From assembly GCA_963792825.1 (NCBI GenBank), contig CAWBXS010000001.1:130913-194912 (forward strand): a stretch of 64,000 nt of DNA. The letters are read 5' to 3'. The position numbers and the translations under genes are program-made. The notes under the pieces were generated by a model. It saw only the letters and a program-made list of their open reading frames with translations, did no database searches and was not told the DNA's origin. Numbering within the stretch: position 1 is the first letter of the stretch; each line of letters starts with the position of its first letter. This document shows, piece by piece, positions 48,995 to 56,498 of this stretch. The DNA comes from an uncultured delta proteobacterium. GTDB lineage: Bacteria; Myxococcota_A; Polyangia; Polyangiales; Houyiibacteriaceae.

Positions 48995-49615
48995 TCAGTA
49001 TCGACGAAAGTCGACGATCACGACCTCACCCGGAATCTCCACGATCACGATGGGCTCGGTCACATCGGTGACGTCCGGTTCCTCGTCCTCGGATCCGTCC
49101 GTCGGGGACGTCTCTTCGGTGTCGGCGTCCAGGTCGCTCCAGGACCCATCGTGGATCTCGGCGACGAGCTCCCGGTCCGATTCTGGGTCGTCCACGACTC
49201 GCAGGTCCCCGCCCCCGCAAGTCGCGTGAACCGCCCTTGCCGCATCGGCGCACGCGCCCTCGTCGTCAAACGGAAGACTAGGGCAGCCTAGCGACGAATA
49301 GCAATTGAGGAGGTCAATCCCCGCGAGAGCGCACTCGTCGCCCGTCTCGATTCCAGCAGCATAAGACGTCACGCAACTCTCGACGCAGTCGACGGTGACG
49401 CGAATACCCGCGCATTCGCGCATGGCGTCACAGGCGGACTCGCAAGCAAGCTCGACCTCCTCCTCGGATGACGTGACGGTAACGCTTTCGGACGGGTCGA
49501 TCGTGGCGGGTCCTCCAAGGATGCTGCGGTCGTCGACGCTCGGGTCGCCGCAGCCGATCGCTGCGAGGATCGCGCTCGAGCTGATGAGAATGCGAAAGAT
49601 GTTGTAGCGAGTCAT
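48995..49615 (-). CDS. Lipoprotein with 10-cysteine module and highly acidic C-terminus (P3)
   Basis: A GGAGAGG RBS precedes the start. Lipobox ILAAIGCG. The 10-Cys region is ACESACDAMREC...VDCVESC...DECALAGIDLLNCYSSLGCPS...GACADAARAVHATC, followed by an Asp/Glu-rich tail. Confidence 0.75.
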   Translation of the reverse strand: MTRYNIFRILISSSAILAAIGCGDPSVDDRSILGGPATIDPSESVTVTSSEEEVELACESACDAMRECAGIRVTVDCVESCVTSYAAGIETGDECALAGIDLLNCYSSLGCPSLPFDDEGACADAARAVHATCGGGDLRVVDDPESDRELVAEIHDGSWSDLDADTEETSPTDGSEDEEPDVTDVTEPIVIVEIPGEVVIVDFRRY

Positions 49616-49699
49616 GGCCTCTCCTATGGGTTGGGGTTTGCATCCGCGCGCCCGCTTCTTCTCGAAATTGCTGCGCCTTCGGACATGACCGGTCGCCTA

Positions 49700-49715
49700 C
49701 GCATGTGGCGTGCCA
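49700..49715 (-). promoter_or_regulatory. Candidate sigma-54 (-24/-12) promoter for the P3-P2 operon
   Basis: The minus strand reads TGGCACGccacATGCG, with correct GG-N10-GC spacing. The GC lies 86 nt upstream of ATG 49615. Confidence 0.5.
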
Positions 49716-49933
49716 CCGAGAAAACTCAATGATTTGCGCGAGCGCGTCGGCTGGGAGAGTCAAATGACGGACTTCCGTCAGTCATTCGAGACGGGATCTC
49801 GTCGACCCGTGAAGGAAGCGCGACGACGCAGTCCGTGGCAACCGCGACCTACATGCCCACTCGAATGGGCCTACTGCTCATGCGATTGGCGGGTACTAAG
49901 GTGTATCGTTTCGCCCACACGGAGGAGGCAGCG

Positions 49934-50305
49934 ATGGCGAGGAGCTGGATTGGGTGGTCGCTCGCGTTTGCGATGGTGCTCGGGCTGGCCGGATGCGGTG
50001 ACGAGAGCGACCCGGGCGGCAGCGGGGCAAGCGGTGGCAGCGGGGCAACCGGCGGTAGCGGTGGCGTGGGCGGCATGATCGGCGGTGACTGCGCGCGCAT
50101 TTGCGGAAGCCGTTGTGTCGGCGACTACTTGCCACCGGGCGCGCCCGACGACTGCGAACGCTCGTGCTCGATGGGTTTCTTCACGTGCGTGCCAGAGTTG
50201 ATCGCGGCGCTCGATTGCATCGAAGCGCTCGGCTGCGACTCGGGTGGCGGCTCTTCCGCATGCGTCGACGAATCGCAAGCGTTCACCAATTGCCTGCTTC
50301 CTTGA
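49934..50305 (+). CDS. Small lipoprotein with glycine tract and 10-cysteine module (P4)
   Basis: Trimmed to ATG 49934 (GGAGGAGG RBS). Lipobox VLGLAGCG, then GGSGASGGSGATGGSGGVGGMIGG. The 10-Cys region is DCARICGSRC...DDCERSC...FTC...LDCIEALGCDS...SACVDESQAFTNC. Confidence 0.75.
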   Translation: MARSWIGWSLAFAMVLGLAGCGDESDPGGSGASGGSGATGGSGGVGGMIGGDCARICGSRCVGDYLPPGAPDDCERSCSMGFFTCVPELIAALDCIEALGCDSGGGSSACVDESQAFTNCLLP

Positions 50306-50443
50306 CGATCGGTCTTTGATCGCGTTCCCGCGGTCGCCAGCTCACGATTTCAGGTGACGTGCGCGCGTCGTAATTCGGCGCCGTGCGTCAGTCGATTCGA
50401 GCTTGGATCTCGGATTTGCGTGCGAATTTCTCCTGGCGATGTC

Positions 50444-50459
50444 TGGCACGCCTCGTGCT
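50444..50459 (+). promoter_or_regulatory. Candidate sigma-54 (-24/-12) promoter for the S8 protease gene
   Basis: TGGCACGcctcGTGCT has one mismatch to TGGCACG-N4-TTGCW. The GC lies 53 nt upstream of ATG 50511, which has an AGGAGA RBS. Confidence 0.55.
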
Positions 50460-50510
50460 CGAGAGACCTGGCACATCGGCTCTTCGGGGCCTTCAACCAG
50501 GAGATCAGTC

Positions 50511-53051
50511 ATGTACGAATCACTTTCTTTCCGTCGTGCCATCGCACTCTTCCTTGCCCTCTTCGTTGCCGCCTGCGGTGGCGGCGGTTCCGCCAACCCG
50601 CAGGTGGAGGCGACGTTTGAAGTCGATCCAATGGTGGAGCCGAACGTCAATGCGATTTCGTTCGTCGATGACACCGGCGCGCGCCCCATCGCCTCGATCG
50701 TCGACGGATATGGTCGTCAGATCGATTTCGTCGAGGACGAAGTGATCCTGACGCTCGACGACCGTGACGCGCTTCCTGCCATCCTCGAGCGGCTGCACGG
50801 CACGGTCCTCCGTGAGGTGGACCCTAACGCCACGGGTTTGTTGAGCGAGCCTTCGCCGATCTTCGTTCTGGTGCGGGTCGACGCACCCGACGTAGAGGCT
50901 TCGGAGCTCGCCGAGCTCGTCATGGGGCAGGGCCAAAACGGAGGCGAGCACCGCGTGTCTTCTCAAAAAGGTCTCAACACGCTGACGGCGATGGCGCGCG
51001 AGAGCGTGGACGAAGGGACCGAGCTCGGTGCCAACTTCTTGTTCACCTACGACGAGCTGAGCCTTCGTGAAACCGCGGAGTCTCCCTCTGGCGATGGGTC
51101 AGGCTACTCTCCCAACGCGTTCGATCTTCCGTATATGAACCGCGGTTCGCAGCAGGACATCGGCGCCGCCGAGGCTGCTCGTATGGTGCACGACGCCATC
51201 GGAGTGCCGACCGGTCGCAATCGTGTGGATTTCATGATCATCGACGGCGGTTTCCTGAACATCCCGGACTACCCCGGCGCGGAGATCATCCCGCGCGACC
51301 GCTTTTCTCGAATCAATCCCCCGAACTCGTGTTCTGGCGGTGGTGACTGTCCGTGGCACGGGACGAACGTCGCGTCTGCCGCGCTCGGCGTGTTCGATGA
51401 CAGCATCGGTGCTGCGGGCCCGGCAGCAGAGGTCGTCAACCCAATCTTCGTGCAGAGCCCCCGACCTAACGTCTGGGATTACCTCGATTACGTCTTCGAC
51501 ACCGTTCCAAGCGCCCTTGGCCGCTTCCCCGATATCGTGAACATCTCCGCGTCGGCCGACATTCCGGCTGGTCTTTGCCTCGTAGGCGTTTGCGAGGCCG
51601 TCAACGTGGTGGGTCGATCGGTCCGTGCGGCTGGCATCCTCGTCTTCGCCTCCGCGGGGAACGATGGTGCCAACGTCGATGGCGAAGACTGCGGACCCTT
51701 CGGAGCGGTTTGCTGGGAAGGTGCTTACCGCGTTCCTTGCGAAGCGCCGGGGGTGATCTGCGTAGGCGGTCTTCAGCACGACCGCGACACGAAGGACGTG
51801 GACAGCGCGACGGGATCGAAACAGCGAGACTCTGGCGACTCCGTCGACATCTATGCCCCTTTCTCCGTCTGGGTTCACGACACACCCGTCCGGGGTGCAG
51901 GGATCGTCCCACCCAGCACGAGCGCAAAGCTCAAGCACGGCACCTCGTTCGCGTCGCCTTTCGCCGCAGGCATCGCAGCGCTGATCAAGGCCGCGAGCCC
52001 GCGCCTCGGCCCGGCTGAGATCTGGGAAATCATCAGAGACACGGCGCACACCCACGCGACTGGCTCGGTTCATCGCTGGGTGAACGCTCAAGCGGCCGTC
52101 CACCGTGCCCTCGGGGCCGCGCCCCCCTTCGTGCGAATCGAGCAGCCCACGGCCGAGCAGCGATTTTCGATCGGGGGCAGCGTGCCACTCAGCTGTGACG
52201 TACAAGACGACGACGGCATGGACGACGTGACAGTGTCGTGGGTGAGCGATCTCGACGGCCCCATCGGCGCGGCGTCCTCGTTCACCAGCGCGACGCGCCT
52301 TCGCCCCGGCGTGCACGAGATCACGTGCACGGCCACCGACGGCCGCTTCACCGTGAGTGACAGTGTGTCCATTTCGGTGGGCAACGAGGCTCCGACGGTG
52401 GTGATCACCACACCAACGGGCTCCGACATCCTGTATGCCGGCAACGCGATCGCCGTGAGCGCGGACGCCTCCGACGTCGACGCGAACCTCGACGACGTCT
52501 ATTGGCAGGTGATGAACGACCTCGGTTTCCCGACGGGCTGGACTGCCACGGGTGCTGAAGCGACGATCCCCCGGGGCTCCCTGGCGCCGGGTCGATACAC
52601 GCTGGTCGCGACCGCCTACGACACCGAAGGCGAGCGCGCACAGGATACGATGAGGCTCGTGATTCTGGCGAACCCCGAGAACCTAGGGCCGAGCATCAAC
52701 AGCTTGTCCGTCATCGCGACGCCAACGGACCCATATGACCGTGGGCTCGTGTTTTGGGCGGATGCGTGCACGGTTGACGTAACCGGAGATGGCAGGGTCG
52801 ACGGGGACGATCTCTGTCAGCGCCTCCGTTTCATCGCCGACGTCGCCGATGACCACGATCCAGTCAGCGCGTTGACCTTCCACTGGAACGTCTACGAGGC
52901 GGGGGTTCTCGTCGACTCCTTCACCACCAGCACTGCAACCGCCACGCTCGACCTCGAAATGGGACGATACTCGGTCGAGTTGGTCGCCTCGGACACGGCA
53001 TCCGTGTCGAGTCGGCGAGCTCTGAACGTCACGGTCACTACCCTGTTCTAA
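50511..53051 (+). CDS. Subtilisin-like serine protease (peptidase S8) lipoprotein with C-terminal Ig/PKD-like repeats
   Basis: Trimmed to ATG 50511: MYESLSFRRAIALFLALFVAAC (lipobox). The catalytic triad motifs appear in D-H-S order: FMIIDGGF, WHGTNVASAALG, HGTSFASPFAAGIAALIKA. The C-terminal ~300 aa contains repeated beta-sandwich-like units (VSWVSDLDGPIG...GVHEITCTATDG...). Confidence 0.85.
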   Translation: MYESLSFRRAIALFLALFVAACGGGGSANPQVEATFEVDPMVEPNVNAISFVDDTGARPIASIVDGYGRQIDFVEDEVILTLDDRDALPAILERLHGTVLREVDPNATGLLSEPSPIFVLVRVDAPDVEASELAELVMGQGQNGGEHRVSSQKGLNTLTAMARESVDEGTELGANFLFTYDELSLRETAESPSGDGSGYSPNAFDLPYMNRGSQQDIGAAEAARMVHDAIGVPTGRNRVDFMIIDGGFLNIPDYPGAEIIPRDRFSRINPPNSCSGGGDCPWHGTNVASAALGVFDDSIGAAGPAAEVVNPIFVQSPRPNVWDYLDYVFDTVPSALGRFPDIVNISASADIPAGLCLVGVCEAVNVVGRSVRAAGILVFASAGNDGANVDGEDCGPFGAVCWEGAYRVPCEAPGVICVGGLQHDRDTKDVDSATGSKQRDSGDSVDIYAPFSVWVHDTPVRGAGIVPPSTSAKLKHGTSFASPFAAGIAALIKAASPRLGPAEIWEIIRDTAHTHATGSVHRWVNAQAAVHRALGAAPPFVRIEQPTAEQRFSIGGSVPLSCDVQDDDGMDDVTVSWVSDLDGPIGAASSFTSATRLRPGVHEITCTATDGRFTVSDSVSISVGNEAPTVVITTPTGSDILYAGNAIAVSADASDVDANLDDVYWQVMNDLGFPTGWTATGAEATIPRGSLAPGRYTLVATAYDTEGERAQDTMRLVILANPENLGPSINSLSVIATPTDPYDRGLVFWADACTVDVTGDGRVDGDDLCQRLRFIADVADDHDPVSALTFHWNVYEAGVLVDSFTTSTATATLDLEMGRYSVELVASDTASVSSRRALNVTVTTLF

Positions 53052-53074
53052 AGACGAGCTACGAACCCGAACCC

Positions 53075-53110
53075 AGCGCGCCGCGTGGTCCTAAGACCGT
53101 GCGGCGCGCT
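53075..53110. terminator. Hairpin between convergent genes (possible bidirectional terminator)
   Basis: AGCGCGCCGCGTGGTC-CTAA-GACCGTGCGGCGCGCT forms a 16-bp stem including two G-U pairs. It lies between the S8 stop (53051) and the kinase stop (53133). There is no clear U-tract. Confidence 0.45.
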
Positions 53111-53132
53111 CCATTATGTCGAGCCCCATCGA

Positions 53133-54830
53133 TCATTTCGTGACGTCGAGCTTCAGCTTCTTCTCCTGGCCCGGCCGGAGTCGGATGGTTTGAGTGACTG
53201 TAGGCTCGCCCTGGCCGGCGGCGATTCGATAGCGGCCGGGCTTGAGCGAGAGGTTTTTCAGTGGTGAGGTTCCCCGTGGCTTCCCGTTGATCCAGACGTC
53301 GCCCCAGGGGTAGACGATGACGGTCAGGCTTGCCGGCGCCTGGGACAACGGCTGCTCCCGCGGTTTCGGCGTGGGCTCGTCGCTCGCTTCTTGCGGCTTG
53401 TCGACTGAAGGCTCACGGTCGCCAGTCGGTGCTGTCTCGCTCTCGGTGACGGTCTGGGGGTCTTCGCGTTGGGCGGGAGGCTCGTCGGGCTTCGGCTCTT
53501 CGGCCTCGACGGGCACCTGGGCTTCGTCGACCGCGATGACCGGCTTGGCTTCGACCTCACTCGGGGCCGGTCGAGACTCTTGACCCGCATCGCGCGTTGC
53601 GCGCCAGGCCAGCGTGCCTGTCGCCAACAGTAGGGCGCTGAGCAGCAACGTGATGAGAGCTCTGGGCCGTCGTCGCGCTGGCAACGCGCCGGTCACGAAC
53701 GATTCCGACAGAGCTGGTTCCGGTGTCTCAGGGGCGGCGTGGCTGCTCTCCGCCGAAGGCTCGACCTGCCTCCGCCCTTCTCCCGCGCCGACGATGCCGC
53801 TGATCTGTTCGCCCTCGTCTGCCTTCAGGATTTCTGGCTGATGGGCTGTTGCCCGCTCACCGAACGCCTGGCGTCCGGCTTCTTCGGGCCGGAGCTCCGC
53901 AACTCTTTTCCCAAGCTCGCGACGAACCCGCGGAACGGGTACGAACGGATCGAGCAGCTCAATCAGCTCTGCAGCGCTGTCGGGGCGTCTGTCGCGGTCG
54001 GGCTCGATGAGCCTCTCGACCAGTGCACAGAGCTCAGGCGGCGCTCCCGGCGCGAGCGAAGCGAGCGGCTGATGCCGACCCTGCAGGATCAACATGATCG
54101 TGGCCGGGTCGTGACCGCCTTCGTACGGGCGCCGCCCGCACAGCGCCTCGAAGAGGACGACGCCTACCCCGAAGAGGTCCGCGCGTCCATCGAGCGGTTC
54201 CAGGCGCAGTTGCTCGGGAGACATATAGGGGATCTTGCCCTTGACCGCGCTCTGTTGCCGAGAGCTGCCCGTGACCGCCTTGGCGACCCCGAAGTCACTC
54301 AGCATGATCTCGCCATGAATGCTGATGAGCACATTCGACGGCGAGATGTCGCGGTGCACGATCGCCGCGGCATGCACGGCGTCCAGGCTGCTGTCGCGAG
54401 GCGGGTTGTGTGCGTGGTTCAGTGCTGCAGCGAGATCGTGTCCGAGTAGGGCGACCCGCTCCGGGGAGAGCCGCTGCGCGCTTTCCGCGTCGAGCAGGAC
54501 CCGAAGGTCCACACCGTCGACCAATTCCATGGCGATGTATGAACGGCCTGCGATTTCTCCGAAGTCGATCACGCCGACGATGTTGCTGTGACGCAACCTC
54601 GCGGCGAGTCGTGCTTCACGCTGAAACAGCTCGACGAACTCCTCGTCTTCGCGAAAGAAAGGCAGGACGAGCTTCAGACATACCCGTTGAGTGAAGCCAC
54701 TCGGCCCACGCCGGATCGCCACGAAGGTTTCGGCCATTCCACCCATGCCCAGTCGTCGCACCAGCGTGTAAGGACCGATTTCCGTTCCGAGCAAATCGCT
54801 TGAAGAGGCATCGAAGTCGATTTTGGACAT
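53133..54830 (-). CDS. Ser/Thr protein kinase with TM segment and C-terminal PEGA domain
   Basis: Hanks kinase motifs GMGGMAETF, VCLKLV, HRDISPSNVLI, SDFGVAK and YMSPEQ. A Pro-rich linker and a TM (ALITLLLSALLLATGTLAW) follow. The C-terminus LTVIVYPWGDVWINGKPRGTSPL...PGRYRI is PEGA-like. Confidence 0.9.
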   Translation of the reverse strand: MSKIDFDASSSDLLGTEIGPYTLVRRLGMGGMAETFVAIRRGPSGFTQRVCLKLVLPFFREDEEFVELFQREARLAARLRHSNIVGVIDFGEIAGRSYIAMELVDGVDLRVLLDAESAQRLSPERVALLGHDLAAALNHAHNPPRDSSLDAVHAAAIVHRDISPSNVLISIHGEIMLSDFGVAKAVTGSSRQQSAVKGKIPYMSPEQLRLEPLDGRADLFGVGVVLFEALCGRRPYEGGHDPATIMLILQGRHQPLASLAPGAPPELCALVERLIEPDRDRRPDSAAELIELLDPFVPVPRVRRELGKRVAELRPEEAGRQAFGERATAHQPEILKADEGEQISGIVGAGEGRRQVEPSAESSHAAPETPEPALSESFVTGALPARRRPRALITLLLSALLLATGTLAWRATRDAGQESRPAPSEVEAKPVIAVDEAQVPVEAEEPKPDEPPAQREDPQTVTESETAPTGDREPSVDKPQEASDEPTPKPREQPLSQAPASLTVIVYPWGDVWINGKPRGTSPLKNLSLKPGRYRIAAGQGEPTVTQTIRLRPGQEKKLKLDVTK

Positions 54831-54839
54831 GAGCCCGGC

Positions 54840-56405
54840 TCATCCCTTCCGTTCTTTGAAGCTTTCCGTGTCGATGCCGAGCCGGCCGATCCGGCTTATC
54901 AAGCCAGTACGCGGGACATCCAACATGCGGGCGGTGCGTGCGACGATACCATGGCAGACGGCCAGTGCATCTTCGATGACGGCACGCTCCGCGGCTTCGA
55001 GGTCTTTCTCTTGTTCACTCAACTTCCGCCAGCGGTCCCGAAGCTTATCGTGAGCCGCCGGTCGCACCGACGGCGGGTCAGAGGGCGTCGGAGGTTCACC
55101 GCCGCCGAGCCCTAGGTGCTTTGCCTCGATGATGGGATCACCGTCCCCCGCCATGCGGGCTCGGTTTCGCGCGCGCTTCAACACCGCCTCGAGCTCGCGA
55201 ATGTTACCTTCCCAGGGAATTCTCCGGGACAGAAGGGCGTCCATCGCACTGCCGTCGAGCTCCCAGCTCGAGACTGGATCGATGCGATGAAGGTAACGCA
55301 CGGCGATGTTGGGGATGTCCCAGCGGCGCTCGCGAAGCGGAGGCAGGACGATTGGCATGGCTGCGAGCCGATGGTACAGGTCTTGACGAAACACTCTCTC
55401 GGCAATGGCCTTCCGTACGTCGCCGTTGGTCACCGAGATGATGCGTAGACTCGCGGTCTTCGGCTGCGGTCCCTGGTAGCCGAGCGGCCGGTAGGAACCG
55501 AATTGAGTGAAGTCGAGGAGCAGTTGTTGTGCGTGGTGCGGCAGGTTGAGCACCTCGTCGAAAATCAGCGTGCCTTTGTCCGCGTATTCGACTAGCCCCT
55601 TGCGTTTGGAAACAGCCCCCGAAAACGAGCCGCGTTCGTGTCCGAAGAGCTCCGATGTAATCGTGTTCAGGTCGTCCGCGAGACCCAGCGTGGCCCGGAT
55701 GATCGGGGTTTGGTTGCTTGCGTGTGCGAAGGCCGTGGCGAGCTGAGTCTTGCCGGTGCCGGACTCGCCGAGGATCATGATCGACTCGTCACCTCCGATG
55801 GCAGAGCGGAGCTCACGAGCGATGTCAGCCATGCTCTCAGGTTCGAGAAGCTCATCGAGCGTGAGCTGCGCACCGCCGGGCTCGGTTGCTCGCACCGCGC
55901 GGAGATCTTCCCTCGTGTCTTCGATGACTGTCTGTTGCGCAATGAGGCCCCCAAGCAGCGTGCCCGCTGTTTCCACCACGCCCACGACCGCTTCATGGGT
56001 GCCTTGGTCCTTGCCGAACTCCAAGTAGAGTGCGCCGATCAGGCTTCGGCCTTGTGACGAGGCGGTCGGCAGCGACCACAGCGGCACGGCAATGAAAGAG
56101 CCGTCCGGCGCGTAGGGAACGGGGCCGGCAACCGTCTTGAGCTTGGACTGCACCTGACTGAGCACGTCGCTCACGTGCATTGCGAGGACTGCGGGCGCCA
56201 CGCCGCGAAAGTTGGTCGTCCGCGACCGGTGCATGGGTCCGCCGCCTTTGGTTTCTAGCGTACTCCAGGCGGAGGCTGCGCCCAGCTGTACACACAGCGC
56301 TTCGAGTGTCTCTTCGATGAAGCGGCCGCGGTGGAGCCCCATGACAGAGGCTTCCACGACGTCCCGCACTCGCGGCCAGGGCTCTGTCGGCTTCATCGAG
56401 GACAT
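54840..56405 (-). CDS. Sigma-54-dependent transcriptional activator (GAF-like sensor + AAA+ + Fis-type HTH)
   Basis: ILGESGTGKTQLA (Walker A), ELFGHERGSFSGA (GAFTGA-region variant), and IFDEV (Walker B). The C-terminal HTH is GIVARTARMLDVPRTGLISRIGRLGI. There is no receiver domain. Its stop lies 9 nt upstream of the kinase start. Confidence 0.9.
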   Translation of the reverse strand: MSSMKPTEPWPRVRDVVEASVMGLHRGRFIEETLEALCVQLGAASAWSTLETKGGGPMHRSRTTNFRGVAPAVLAMHVSDVLSQVQSKLKTVAGPVPYAPDGSFIAVPLWSLPTASSQGRSLIGALYLEFGKDQGTHEAVVGVVETAGTLLGGLIAQQTVIEDTREDLRAVRATEPGGAQLTLDELLEPESMADIARELRSAIGGDESIMILGESGTGKTQLATAFAHASNQTPIIRATLGLADDLNTITSELFGHERGSFSGAVSKRKGLVEYADKGTLIFDEVLNLPHHAQQLLLDFTQFGSYRPLGYQGPQPKTASLRIISVTNGDVRKAIAERVFRQDLYHRLAAMPIVLPPLRERRWDIPNIAVRYLHRIDPVSSWELDGSAMDALLSRRIPWEGNIRELEAVLKRARNRARMAGDGDPIIEAKHLGLGGGEPPTPSDPPSVRPAAHDKLRDRWRKLSEQEKDLEAAERAVIEDALAVCHGIVARTARMLDVPRTGLISRIGRLGIDTESFKERKG

Positions 56406-56460
56406 CGGTGCTCATGAGATTACATGCTTGCCGTGACGAGGACTACCCCTTCACACGTTG

Positions 56461-56490
56461 TTGATCCCGAGTTTCCGAACCTGTGATAAT
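56461..56490 (+). promoter_or_regulatory. Candidate extended -10 sigma-70 promoter (TTGATC-N18-TGtGATAAT), near-leaderless
   Basis: TGTGATAAT lies at 56482-56490, and the ATG at 56499 is 8 nt after the -10 hexamer. A weak -35 TTGATC lies at 56461-56466. Confidence 0.35.
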
Positions 56491-56498
56491 ACCCCCGC

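Noticed and set aside
50469-50484. A second TGGCAC (cctggcacatcggctcttc), 25 nt downstream of the S8 promoter candidate.
   Set aside because: There is no GC dinucleotide at the -12 position. It is probably a chance partial repeat of the -24 element.
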